A DNA stretch of 64,000 bases, taken from contig OX597837.1 in assembly GCA_951406725.2 (NCBI GenBank), positions 20,646,001 through 20,710,000 of the forward strand, written 5' to 3'. This DNA is from Octopus vulgaris. Its lineage: Eukaryota. Every line of letters starts with the position of its first letter. Positions within the stretch are counted from its first letter, which is position 1. The notes beneath the pieces were generated by a model. That model was given only the letters and a program-made list of their open reading frames with translations. It did not search any database and was not told where the DNA came from. The position numbers were made by a program, and so were the translations under genes. This document shows positions 40,495-54,310 of this stretch, in pieces.

Positions 40495-41381
40495 CCGTAA
40501 ATACTCACGGATAGGTCGCACATTTTTTTTACCAAAAAATTCAATAAAAATCAGAGGTGCAACCTATCTACTCGACATTACATGGATCTGAAGTAGACAG
40601 TGGCGTGTCAATAGTCAGGCGCGTACCCTGGGTCTGGGCTTTTCAGTTTTCAATTTTTCTAGACGCTTTCTTGTCAAGTTTATATTTATCGATTTCTTTT
40701 TGTTGAGTTGATGAGAGTGGCTGTGTGGTAAGTAGCTTTTTTACAAACCACATGGCTCCGGGTTCAGTTCCACTGCGTGGCACCTGAGGCAAGTGTCTTC
40801 AACCATAGCCTCGGGCTGACCAAAGCCTTGTCAGTAGATTTGGTAGACGGAAACTGAAAGAAGCCCGCCGTATATATGTATATGTATATATGTATGTGTG
40901 TGCATACGTTTGTGTGTCTGTGTTTGTCCCCCTAACATCTCTTGACAACCGATGCTGGTGTGTTTACGTCCCCGTAACTTAGCGGTTTGGTAAAATAGAC
41001 CGGTAGAATAATTACTAGGCTTACAAAGAATAAGTTCTGGGGTCAATTTGCTCGACTAAATGCGGTGCTTCAGCATGACCACAGTCCAATGACTGAAACA
41101 AGTAAAAGAGTAAAAGAGAGTAAAGAGATAACAGTTAGACTACTTTTACAAAGTCACTTCCGCAAAAACGTTTTAATATTTGTGAGCAAAGATACGAAAT
41201 AAAGATGAATACTTGATAATATTTGACAAATATTAGTTATATTTATGTCAAAAAAGACCATGTAACTCCCTAGATTGTAACGCAACCTATCCGCAAATCA
41301 ACGGCCAAATACCTACTTTGACAACCCGAAACTAAGGGTGCGACTTATCCACTGTTGCAACCTATCCGCGAATATATATGG
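40495..41381. mobile_element. pogo/Tigger-like MITE (TA TSD) interrupted by SINE-A
   Basis: ta-ccgtaaatactcacggataggtcgca ... tgcaacctatccgcgaatatatatgg-ta. Confidence 0.75.
40712..41127 (+). mobile_element. SINE-A
   Basis: Family match. Confidence 0.9.
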
Positions 41382-42004
41382 TAATCTATTCATATCTAAA
41401 CAGATAACTACATCCGGGAGATAACGTACCATTGTATATACGTCAGCCCTTTTTGAGATTAGCACATTTATGGCACGTTCTACATTCCCGGTAGTTCTAA
41501 AGAGAGTAGGATTTTCCTGATAACAAGTGGGTTCACTATAGGGTCTTTTTCTGTAATGTGAGTGGATATGCGCGGTTTGGACATTCCGTTGGTGGCCATG
41601 TTATCATCATCGCCACGTCATCATCATTACTATCACCACCACCACCACCTCCAATACCATCATCATCGTCGTCGCTGTCATCATCATCAGCATCATCGTC
41701 ATCATCATCATCATTGTCATCATCATCATCATCATCATCATCATCGTCATACCGTTGTACCATACCCCGTGTTCTCTGTGTGGATGTATGTGTGTGGGTG
41801 TGTGTGAAGGACAGAGAAAGCGAGATAGATAGATACAGAGATAGAGAGATAGATAGAGAGATAGATAGAGAGAGAGAGAGAGAAAGAAAGAGCAAGCGAA
41901 AGAGTGAGTGGGTAGCGGAACTTACAGAACAATAACATAAGTCAGTTGATCACTTCCTCCATGTTTTTCCTTGCCTTCCTTGGTTGAGTCATTTTATGTC
42001 CCTG

Positions 42005-42310
42005 TTGTTTGTTTGTTCCTTCTCAAGCCATGCCTGGCTCATAAGGGCCGATTTTCCGGTTTCCTTGGCGTATAGGTTCCCCACCTGGGCGGCACGCCGG
42101 TCCGTTGCAGGTGAGCTGCAAGATGCAGGAGGAAAGAGTGAGAGAAAGTTGTGGTGAAAGTTGTGGCAGAAGTTCGCCATTACCTTCTGCCGGAGCCGCA
42201 TGGAGCTTAGGTGTTTCGCTCATAAACACACACATTGCCTGGTCTGAGATTCGAACCCGCGATCCCTCGACCGCGTGTCCGCTGCTCTAACCACTAGACC
42301 ATGTGCCTCC
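42005..42310 (-). mobile_element. tRNA-derived SINE type C, full copy with (AAAC)n tail
   Basis: Homologous to 11085-11350. Confidence 0.88.
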
Positions 42311-42392
42311 ACTTCTGTCCTTCTAAATTTCCCATATAATCTGAAATGTGTGTGTGTGTGTGTGTGTGTGCGTGTGTGTTTGTATGAAGATA

Positions 42393-42444
<52 letters not shown>

Positions 42445-42483
42445 CACACACACACATATATATATATACATATATATATATAT

Positions 42484-42537
<54 letters not shown>

Positions 42538-42752
42538 GTGTGTGTGTACGCGATAGAGTCACTATATTCCCTTCCATATCAGCTAACTCTGATAAGCGTA
42601 AGGGTATATAATCGGATTGTTACCCGATATTCCATTGTATTCCTTGCGCAAAACCGATTGGGAAGATCAGCCGTGATGGATATATGATACTATATATTTC
42701 AGATAATATACGTGTGTGCGCGTACATATACATATATGTAGATATATATGTG

Positions 42753-42825
<73 letters not shown>

Positions 42826-42827
42826 GT

Positions 42828-42875
<48 letters not shown>

Positions 42876-42876
42876 T

Positions 42877-43066
42877 CGCCATGATAGATCGGTGGGCCAC
42901 TACACACATTTTTTTCTCTCCTTGTTTCTTTGTATGTTCCTTTCTGTAGAAGAGCGTAGGCTCGAAACGTTAAAGACTTTTTCAATTCCCGAGCATTATA
43001 CTAATACATCTGTTTGTTTTCTACACCACCTGTCCTCGTCTTTTGTTTTTTTCGTGAATTCTTCCC
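42877..43066 (+). mobile_element. (TA)n-embedded element with minimal hammerhead-like motif (42940-42975)
   Basis: cttt-ctgtaga-a-gagc-gtag-gctc-gaaa-cgtt-aaag. Confidence 0.72.
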
Positions 43067-43594
43067 TATATATCTATAAGAGAAAAAAATCTATCAGAAA
43101 GGAACTCTATCTCTCTTAAAAAATATCTTTTGATAAGCATATCAAATGCGCAACCGGTAAAAAGAACTTTCACCTAATTAAATACACTCTCCCTTACTTA
43201 AATTATCTTGTCAGCATTTTCTTCATTTCCTTTTATTATATCTATCTATCTATATATATATATATACACACAGTCGAAATGGAATGCTGTCAGTGCCCAA
43301 CAATTTTGCCGTTGAAAATTCGGCATTTATTTTTAATCGTATTAAACTCCAACCGTTACGTGATCACACAAGGCTTTCTGCGGTCTAACGTACAATAAAG
43401 AACAAATAAGGGAACCTTTTGCTCTTCTCCTTTCAATATCGATATATAAGAATCGTTCCGTTTTAACTATGTATGCTGCACTGATGAGGTGCATCTATGG
43501 ATTGCATCTGTAGCGCGACATCTTATGTTACTGAATGCTGAAACATATGCAACAGATGAAGTAAATGTGTACTGACTTCAGAAGCATGTTGTCT

Positions 43595-43676
<82 letters not shown>

Positions 43677-43716
43677 CTCTCTCTCTCAATCTATTTCTCT
43701 CTATATATAGATATAG

Positions 43717-43771
<55 letters not shown>

Positions 43772-43964
43772 CATACACATATAGATACACACATATAGAT
43801 ATACACACACACAGCTATACAATACATACGCACATACATCTATATATATATTTATGCCTGTGTATGTGCATCGATCCGTCTATACTCACAAACACGCATG
43901 TATGGACTTAATATAATTTACTAAAATTAGTAAAAGATTAAGAAAGTATATATACGTGCGTATA

Positions 43965-43999
<35 letters not shown>

Positions 44000-44145
44000 A
44001 ACACACATACACGCACACTTATACGCATATATATGTATGTATATAGCTACATATATATGTTTATTTGTATGCATATACGTATGTAAATATACATAATATA
44101 ATATATATAGCATAGTTGGATAAATAGATGGATAGACAGACAGAC

Positions 44146-44240
<95 letters not shown>

Positions 44241-44359
44241 TAGATAGATAGACATAATAACCAAAGTGTTTTATGAATAGCCAAGCCTTGTCCATATCAT
44301 ATCGGTGGTCGTCTGCTTTCTTGTTTATCACAATTCTAATGAACTTAATTACCATAGCT

Positions 44360-46450
44360 CGCTGCTAAATTATCTCTAATGACATCTATCACCATGCTTC
44401 TACAAATTCCTTCTTTCACTCATTCTCTTTTTCTCTCACCCTCCATTTCTTTTTCTATTCTTATCTCTTTCGATTTTCTTGGCATTTCCTTTTTTGCTAT
44501 TACTTTTTGTCGTCAGATTTGCATTGAGTCCCCACTACCACCACAACCTTTTCTTTTCTTCCTCAGTCTTCCAGATTGGAATTTGTCGTCTTGATTGCTT
44601 TGCTTTTTTTTATATTCTTTCTGAAATGTTTTCATTTATCTCCCCACTATCTTTATTCATACTCCTTCATCTTTCATTCAATAAGCTGTTCTTATTCTTT
44701 CTCGAAATTTCGCCTTTCTTTTTTCCATTATTTTTCTTCGATTTTTTAAAAAAATGTTTTACGTAATTTTTGTCATTTCGTTCTGTATATAATCTTCCAT
44801 TCATTTTCTAGTTTCTTCTTAATTTATGTTCTTCAATTTTCTCTGTCTTTCGATTTGTCTTTCTTTTTTTTTATATATATATTTCCTCTTTACTTTCTAT
44901 CCAATATTTTATAACTTTCAATTCAAATAAATTCAGTCTATTCACATATCGGCTGCCAAGGGAGCTGGATCTTCTGCTTTTCTGCAAATTTCTTACACCT
45001 CATAGCGTGTCTTATATCTCCTTAAGTTTCCCTTGCATTGAATATTGCTGTCATCTTTGGGATGGTTCCTCTTCCGAATGTCTTAACTTGCCCGATCTAA
45101 TTCAGATTCGAGTAGAAAGAAGAGGACTTCTTCTTTCTGCTAGGCTGGTGTATTTGCCTCATCATCAAAGTATGTCTTCGTGGTGCCTTTTCTTTAAGTA
45201 CTCCCATGGTTGTTGTCCTGATGAACTTATGGTCTAGTACCCTTTAGTAATTTAACCCAAGATTACTTCTTTGCATTTATAGCAGTTATTCTTATTTTTA
45301 ACCCATTTTCTTTCATTCCTCCGCTATATACGTCATTTATTACATTTGCATACGTTATTTGTAAATTTCGTTCTTTCATTCTTCTCTCTGTTGTTCATTC
45401 ATAAAGCGGTTTACTTTTACGTTATATTTTTCTATTCATTCATTCATTCATTCATTCGTTCATTCATTCATTCATTCATTCATTCATTCATTCATACTTT
45501 CAGTTATTCATCACTTTTCGTTCATTGATAAATTATTTTATTCGATTTCATTCCTCCAAACTAGATGTTTATCTTTACAATTTTCAATCACTCTTTTTAC
45601 GAATCTCTTTCAGCATTGTGAATAATTTTTCTTTTTCTTTCATTTATGTCATTTTATTATTCATGCCTTTACCGTTTCATTCGTTCATCGTTTTCCTCCG
45701 TATTTTCATTCACTTTTTGAAATAATTCATTCTTATATTCTTTCATTCTTTATTTTCTTCGATCTGTCTTGCCTACTTTTTATTATATTTTCGTTGATTA
45801 ATTAATTTATTCATTCTATTATCTGATTCATTCTTTAAATATTTCAATGATTATCTTATTCCTCTCATTCGTTGATTAAATTCATTCATGCGCACTTTTA
45901 ATCATACCATTCTTTAATTACTTAATTCAGCCAAACTTTATTTGTACTTTTAATTGTACTTGTACTTGTACTTCATTAATTTACCTCATTCATACCCGCC
46001 CCATTGCCTTCTTATTTCATATATTATTAATCTTATTCATTCACGCAAGTTTTTCATTCATTACAATTCCGTATATTCTCTCATTAAAATTCATTCATTT
46101 TCTTCACAGTAAATTTCAAAATTCTCTTTCTTTTTCATATTTTATTGATTTCAGTCGCAATTCATTATCTTTATTTCATTTAATACATTTTCTCATTATC
46201 CGTTTTTTTTTCAATTAATAATTCATTAATTTCTTTCATTAATTTCTTTCATTTCTTCCTCAGTACCTTTTATTGATAATTCCTTCCTTTATAGTGTTTG
46301 ATTAAATACAATTTTCCTATAATTCATTTATTCTTTATACTAATTCATTGAATTTTTTTCTTCATTCAGTCATTTATAAATTCATTCATTTGTTCGTTTA
46401 TTTTTCATTCCTTCGACTCATTTCATACTAAATTTCATTCATTAATATTT
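44360..46450. repeat. T-rich strand-skewed tract, decayed (TTCA)n
   Basis: G-depleted + strand with recurrent ttcattc. Confidence 0.75.
44950..45240 (+). pseudogene. Old L2/Jockey-group LINE ORF2 fragment
   Basis: PCIEYCCHLWDGSS...LNLPDLIQIR...LFFKYSHGCCPDEL. Confidence 0.75.
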
Positions 46451-46460
46451 CTTTCGCCCA

Positions 46461-46655
46461 AGGCTGCGAGCTGGGGGATCGTTAGCATGGCGGGCAAAAT
46501 GGTTAGCGGCATTTCAACCGCCCTTAGGTTCTGAGTTCAAATTCAATCGAGGTTGATTTTGCCTTTCATCCCTTTGTGGTCGAGAAAATAAGTACCATTT
46601 GAATACTTGTCTTCTTCTCCGACTTGCCGGCCTTGTGCCAAAATATGAAACCATT
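46461..46655 (+). mobile_element. SINE-B monomer, diverged
   Basis: ggctgcgagctgg...gcctttcatccctttg...gtgccaaaatatgaaac. Confidence 0.8.
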
Positions 46656-46667
46656 ATTATTATTATT

Positions 46668-47214
46668 GAGTGAGAGAGCAGTTCATGCCATCAAAGTGAC
46701 ACTGGGGTAAAATATACGAAGCTCAGTATACCCATCATGACTACCCGTCTGATAAGGGTACACCAGGCACATGCATCACAACCATTTGTGTGCGACATGG
46801 TGATCTCATATCAAGATAAACAGCGCATAACCTTGCAAATGGGGCCTAGTTAGAATTTTCTTCTGGTCGAGTAGCCCATCCCGCTCAAAAGGTCCCTGAA
46901 TAAGGATTGTTTAAGGATGTTGAACGAAACACCCATGTTTCCAAATGTGAATTATCCAAACCTCCAATAATCCCTCTCGATGCATGGCTATGATGCTCCC
47001 TAACTACTTTTGCTCATGATCAGAGATGCACATATCGTCAGCCACTAAAGGACATGGTCAACTGGTAATGGTCAAACAACTGACAAGCAAACCTGTGGTA
47101 TTGAGCAGAATATTTGCTGTAGACCATCTTTTATACCAAGACAAATCAATGTACATGATAACACTTCCAATCAGAAGCCATGAGAGCCACTGCCTGGTAC
47201 TGCATTAGGGCATT
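46668..47214 (-). mobile_element. Non-coding repeat embedded in (ATT)n, longer copy
   Basis: Homologous to 18626-19110 with the same left junction attgagtgag. Confidence 0.82.
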
Positions 47215-47266
47215 CATTATCATCATCATTATCATTATTATTATTGTTATCATTATTATTATTATT

Positions 47267-47397
<131 letters not shown>

Positions 47398-47423
47398 CAT
47401 TATTATCATCCTCATTATCATCA

Positions 47424-47517
<94 letters not shown>

Positions 47518-47884
47518 CCCTCGGTTATATCTCTCTTGTTCCCCATCCCCTAACTCTCATACTAACTCCCTCTCCTCTTCTTTCTGTATGTCATTCTCCA
47601 GCCCTTCTCCATCACTATATCTTTGTTTTCTGCTAAGTCTTTCCTTCTTCAAACTTTCTATATATATATCAATCGACGGTTCGCTCCGCATTGTAATAGT
47701 CACCATTTTACGCATATGCAATTTACGTGCACGCGCGTGCGCACAGGCACACTCTCGCACACACACATACATACACACACATACACACACATACACATAC
47801 ACACATACATACACACACACATACACACACACTTTCCCGTCGTTCGGCGAATTGTTGCCGAACAACCACATACATACTCTCCCT

Positions 47885-48607
47885 TTTTACTCTTTTACTT
47901 GTTTCAGTCATTTGACTGCGGCCATGCTGTAGCACCGCCGTTTAATCGAGCAATTCGACCCCGGGACTTATTCTTTGTAAGCCCAGTACTTATTCTATCG
48001 GTCTCTTTTGCCGAACCGCTAGTTGACGGGGACGTAAACACACCAGCATCGGTTGTCAAGCAATGCTAGGGGAACAAACACATACACACATATATATATA
48101 TATACACACACACACATACACACATATATATATATATATTTAGTGTAGGAAGAAATGGAGCTGAACGAAGATTTAACAAAATTCCTTTTTATTATTTTCT
48201 ACATATGTTTCAAAGGCTGCAAAACACCCTAATTCAGATTGAATAAGGAGTCCATTTTGCAGCCTTCTCTTCAGGAAAATCCAGGAACTTAATTCTCCAA
48301 ACAAAATGCACATCAAGCTTTTCGACAAACGCTCGCGAGGAGCCCATGGGATAAATGGCACAAAACTGTCTCTCAATATGGGTGAACGCCGACGAGGAAT
48401 TTTGTTAAATCTTCGTTCAGCTCCATTTCTTCCTACACTAAATATATAAACTTCAAATTTCCGCACTAAGGCACGGGTTTGAGACCCCATGGTCGTAACC
48501 TCAACCGTGATTTTTCTGTTGTAATTTTTGCTACCCAGGTATCGGTTATCTTTTGAATAATCCGTAACAAGATAATTCATTTATCCATTTCAATAAACAC
48601 ACACACA

Positions 48608-48659
<52 letters not shown>

Positions 48660-48823
48660 GACAGGCTTCTTTCAGTTTCCGTCTACCAAATCCATTCACA
48701 AGGCATTGGTCGGCCCGAGGCTATAACAGAAGACACTTGCCCAAGGTGCCATGCAGTGGGACTGAACCCAGAACCATGTGGCTGGTAAGCAAGCTACTTA
48801 CCACACAGCCACTCCTGTGCCTA
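47885..48823 (-). mobile_element. SINE-A split at its central microsatellite by an HHR element
   Basis: 3' half 47885-48085, 5' half 48655-48823. Confidence 0.88.
48195..48279 (-). ncRNA. Type I hammerhead ribozyme, long stem II
   Basis: Minus: ttttc-CTGAAGA-gaaggctgcaaaa...ttttgcagccttt-GAAA-catatg-TA-gaaaa. Confidence 0.9.
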
Positions 48824-49063
48824 TGATTTATACGTGATTGTTTTCTATAGCGAACAAATGTTTGTGTTCACATAAGCTCACCCCCTGCATCAAATCGACA
48901 TTACCCCTACGGATGCAATATGCGTCTCATATCAAATCACGAAATGATCGCAAAGCAACGTGAAATGAAGTGCTTTGCTCAAGAACACAACGCAAGAATC
49001 GAACCCGCAATTACGCAGTCGTGAGTGCCACATCCTAACCACTAAGCCATGCACCTTCACTAT

Positions 49064-49116
<53 letters not shown>

Positions 49117-49209
49117 AAGAGTAAATTTCGTTCGAGAAAACGAAGAAAATTAGTGTACAAGAATTACACATGACGAAAATAAAATATCACCTCCATTTTT
49201 GAACTTACA

Positions 49210-49798
49210 ATACATACATACATACATACATACATACATACAATCACACATACATACATGCATACACACATACATGCATACACACATACATACATACATA
49301 CACACATACATACATACATGCATACATACAAGCATAATACATACATACATACATACATACATGCATACATACATACATACATACATACATACATACATAC
49401 ATACATACATACATACATACATACATACATACATACACACATACATACATACATACATACATACATACATACATACATAAACACATACAAACATACGTAC
49501 ACAAATACATACATACATACATACATATACACATACAAACATACGTACACAAATACATACATACATACATACACACATACATACATACATACATACATAC
49601 ATACATACATACATACACACATACATACATACATACATACACACATACATACATACATACATACATATATACATACATACATACACACACACATACATAC
49701 ATACATACATACATACATACATACTGACAGACAGACAGAAAGATAGATAGATAAATAGATAGGTAGATAGATAGATACATAGATGGGTTGGTAGGTGC

Positions 49799-49882
<84 letters not shown>

Positions 49883-50167
49883 ATATGTAGGTAGGTAGGT
49901 AGGTAGGTAGGTAGGTAGGTAGATAAATAGATAGATATAAATGTATTGTATGTATTATATATGTGTGTAAGAGTCAACACACACACACACACACACACAA
50001 TATTTGTGTATTTTCTCGTTTCCATCGAATGATTGTCGCTTATTTAGCTCTAAATAGTTGGTTTAGCTCTCCTCATCTACATGAGTGGTCTCCCCTCTCC
50101 ATCCTTTCTCTACGCTATATTATCATTATCATTATCATCATTATCATTATCATCATTATCATTATCA

Positions 50168-50234
<67 letters not shown>

Positions 50235-51072
50235 CATCATCACCATCATCATCATCATTATCATCATGATTGTTATTATCATCACCATCATCATCATTAT
50301 CATCATGATTGTTATTATCCTCCTCCTCATCATCATCATCATCAGCCTCCATCTGTTCGGGTGAATTCGTCCTTTTCCATAAATGCCATGTTGACAAAGA
50401 TACAAGTTTTATGTCTGAACTAATCGCTTCTACAATTTTTTTTCCCGTTTTTCGTTTTTAGTTCTTGTTTCGTTTTTGCTATTCTTCGTTACTTCTGTTG
50501 ATGAAGTCGGCGCGGCTCTGTTGTGTGGTTGTTTTTCGTTGCCTGGTTTTGTTGCTGTTGTTGTTGCTGTTGTTGTTGTTGTTGTTATTCTTGTTGTTGT
50601 TGCTGTTATTGTTTTTACTGCTGCTGCTACTGCTGCTGCTTCTGCTGTTGTTATTGTTACTACTGCTGTAGCTGTAGCTGTTGTTGTTGCTATTGTTGTT
50701 TTCGTCCACCTCCACCTCCTCCTCTTCCATCTTTTGTTGTTGCTGTTGCTGCCTCTGTTGTTGCTGTGGTTCTTCTTCTTCTTCTTCTTCTTCTTCTTCT
50801 TCTTCTTCTTCTTCTTCTTCTTCTTCTTCTACTTCTTTTCTTCTTCTTTTCTCCTCCACCTTCTTCTTCTTTTCTCCTCCTCCTCCTTCTTCTTCATCTT
50901 CTCGTTCTTCTTGTTCTTCTTCTTCTTCTCATTCTTCTTCTTCTTCTTCTTCTTCTTCTTCTTCTTCTTCTTCTTCTTCTTCTCCTCCTCCTTCTTCTCC
51001 ATCTTCTTCTCCTTCTTCTTCTTCTTCTTCTTCTTCTTCTTCTTCTTCTTCTTCTTCTTCTTCTTCTTCTTC
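49210..51072. repeat. Cluster of (TACA)n, (GATA)n, (ATT/ATC)n, (GTT/GCT)n and (TTC)n microsatellites
   Basis: Direct reading. Confidence 0.95.
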
Positions 51073-51448
51073 CATAGGATTGAACGCATAATAGAATACT
51101 GAAGGAAAAACGTAATGAATGAAATACAATTGACAGGAATGAATGAAATTAATAAAAACTGCCATGGTGGAATGAATTGATGGGGAAGAAAAAAGTCATT
51201 CGAGAGAACGAAGACAATGTATGCACGAGGATTACGTATCACGAAAATGAAAATACGTATAACATGAATGAATGTAAGAATGAAAGGAATTGAAGAAATA
51301 TACCAACGAATAAAGGAATTGTTGACTTGGATAAATTACACTGGGGAATAGGGTTTTTGTTGTCTGATAATGGAGACATGCTTCCTACTAATTCTGGGGT
51401 GCTGATTTCAAAACTGAAATCCATTTTGCTCTATCAAGACATTTTTCA

Positions 51449-51664
51449 CGGAGTGGCTGAGTGGTAAGTAGCTATAGGCGTAAGAGTGGTTGTGTGGTAA
51501 CTAGCTTGCTTACCAACCACATGGTTTCGGGTTCAGTTCCACTGCGTGGCACCTTGGGCAAGTGTCTTCTACTATAGCCTCGGGCCGACCAAAGCCTTGT
51601 GAGTGGATTTGGTAGACGGAAACTGAAAGAAGCCCGTCGTATATATGCATATATATATATGTGT

Positions 51665-51703
<39 letters not shown>

Positions 51704-51913
51704 TGTGTCTGTGTTTGTCCCCACCAACATCGCTTGACAACCGATGCTGGTGTGTTTACGTCCCCGTAACTTAGCGGTTCGGCAAAATAGACCGATAGAA
51801 TAAGTACTAGGCTTACAAAGAATAAGTCCTGTGGTCAATTTGCTCTACTAAAGGCGGTGCTCCAGCATGACAACAGTCAAATGACTGAAACAAGTAAAAG
51901 AGTAAAAGAGTAA
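51449..51913 (+). mobile_element. SINE-A with duplicated head start
   Basis: Family match. Confidence 0.9.
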
Positions 51914-52319
51914 GCGCAGTTGTCCATTTCTCAACATTCCTAGTATTGTCACCATATTTCTGAGGATAGATTTGACTTCATCAAATGCGAACCCGTGTAT
52001 GGAGCAATGACATAACTTTGAAAATATAGTTTTTCAATGTCATTGAAAGTAAATACAGCTACAAAGGTGAAAACTAAAGCCGTGATTTAAATATCTTTTT
52101 CAGGAAATAGAAAGTATCAAATTTGAGTAACTTTCACTATTTTTAACCTAACCAGTTTCAAATGTCATGATTACGACAGAAATGTCCTTTATACAATTAG
52201 GTGTTAAGAAACAACATATTTTTGTGGTCCTTGACACCACACATGTCTCATATTTGCGGAATTTATCAGCAGATATTCTCACGCTCTGCTTAATTTTGTG
52301 TGTCTATCATTGCAAACTA

Positions 52320-53352
52320 TTGGGTTGGTAACTAAATTTCCACCGTTTCTTTTAATTTAAATTTTTTTAAAGGTTTAATAAAAAATAACAACTAATTAAT
52401 CAATAATGTATTCACCCTTGTTGTTTATAATTTCTTTCCAACGTTCAACAAGATTTTCAATACCTCGTTGGTAGAAATCATCCAATTTCGACTCGAAAAA
52501 TTGATCCAACCAAGCACTCAATTCTGCACCAATATTAAACGAAACTCAGTGCATAGCATTTGCAAGAGATCGAAAGAGGTGGAAATCCTTTGGTGCCAAA
52601 TCAGGAGTGTACGGCGGGTGTGGCATGCGTGTGAATGGCTTCCTTGGTCATATTGGCGATAGGAGGGCGGGCGTTGTCGTGCAGCGAAGAACTCCATGCT
52701 GCCGATTAGGCATTTTCTCTTGAATAGCCGTATTGAGTCGTTCCATGTATCGAGCATAGAGTTCCACGTTGACCGTTTGGTTCCGTTCAAGCAATTCGTA
52801 ATGGATAATCCCTTCCCAATCCCACCAGACGCACAACATCGTTTTACGCGGATGAAGATCTTGTTTCACGCGCGGTGTCGTTTGTTTACCGGGACTAAGC
52901 CATTCCTGACGCTGCTTCATATTGATGTACAGGTACCATTTTGTTTGTCGCCAGTAACGATTCGGTAACGAAATTGTTGCTTGTGTCCATGAGTTGAGCG
53001 GTGACGAGCAAGCAAACCAGCAGAGATTGTGGCTCGTTGATTTTTGCTGTTGTCACTTAAAGCATGCGGAACCCATGCTCCATACTTCTGAACCTTTCCC
53101 ATCCAGTGAAGATGCTTCTCTATAGCAATGTGGGAGTATACCATTTTCTGTGCCAGTTCCCTTGTCGTTTGACGAGAATTTTCGTGCAAATGTTAGTTTA
53201 ATCGCTCTTCATCGAAGTCAACTGAACGGCCAGAACGAGGTGCGTTTTTGCGGTGAAAATTTCCATTTTTGAACTTGGCATACCAATCACGAGCAGTTCT
53301 TTCAGCTATGGCACCCTTTCCATACACAGAACAAATATCGCGAGCAGCTTTT
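52320..53352 (-). mobile_element. Mariner element, 5'-truncated, frameshifted transposase
   Basis: ta + TIR ttgggttggtaactaa; GAWVPHAL, RIVTGD, MLCVWWDWEGIIHYELL, HDNARP, YTPDLAPKDFHLFRS. Confidence 0.93.
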
Positions 53353-53354
53353 TT

Positions 53355-53660
53355 AACCAAGGTTCAAGGTGCTCCCTCAGAAAGGCTATATAAACAACCG
53401 CAGTCATTTTAACACCGTCCGGCACTTTTCAAGGACCAACCAGAATACCTCCAATAATACATGCCCGCATCATGATGCTTCCTTCCCCTTGTTGGCACCT
53501 CAAGCGTTAATGGCGATCTCATCCATTTATAACCCATTCCTTGCTCCAACAAATCAGGTCCATCAAGGGTAGCACGAGTTTCGACTGTAAACAAAACTTT
53601 TGAAAAGTCGACCTTCATGTTATCGTCTGCCTATTTCAGACGATTTTGTATGCGTATTAT
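53355..53660 (-). pseudogene. Tc1-like transposase fragment (TRT/DD37E-like)
   Basis: MKVDFSKVLFTVETRATLDGPD, QQGEGSIMMRA..IGGILVGP. Confidence 0.75.
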
Positions 53661-54214
53661 GTACAAAGTCCTTTTAAACGATGTCACTGGTTTACCGACC
53701 TTTTACAGAAGGTGACATCGGGTTGTTCTGGACACAGTTGTTCAATGCTTTTGAAAAGTTCTCCACTTGTAAGACCTGGGTTCTTTACAGCCTCATGTTT
53801 AATTCGTTACAGAGAACGTTGAGAAACAACCCTCGACTGACCAGTGAGAGCTCTCTTACATATCTTCGTAGAAGCTGTAACAAATATTTTCACAGATTGG
53901 GGATATCTTCCAATTATTTTAGATAATTCTGATGTTCATTTACCTTTCAGAATTCAGAAATAATAAGATTTCTCTGAAGCAGTTCAATTACATTTATGAC
54001 CTTTAATTACCATAATTATCAGACCACAAGTTAATAATTTGGAACACTGAAAGTTCGTGGAAATCATGTAAATGACCGCGGTTTGTTTACACTTGCGTAA
54101 AAACCTCACGTTTTTACACACTATGCGCATATAACTGTTGCCCTCATTCTGTGGAAATTTCGTAACGTCGTTGATCATTTGAAACGCAGAATGTGCGTGT
54201 ATGTGTGTGTGTGT

Positions 54215-54310
<96 letters not shown>

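Noticed and set aside
41558-41935. His/Ser/Asp-rich ORFs
   Set aside because: (CAT)n trinucleotide repeat
50465-51242. Poly-Glu/Lys/Phe ORFs
   Set aside because: (TTC)n and (GTT)n repeats
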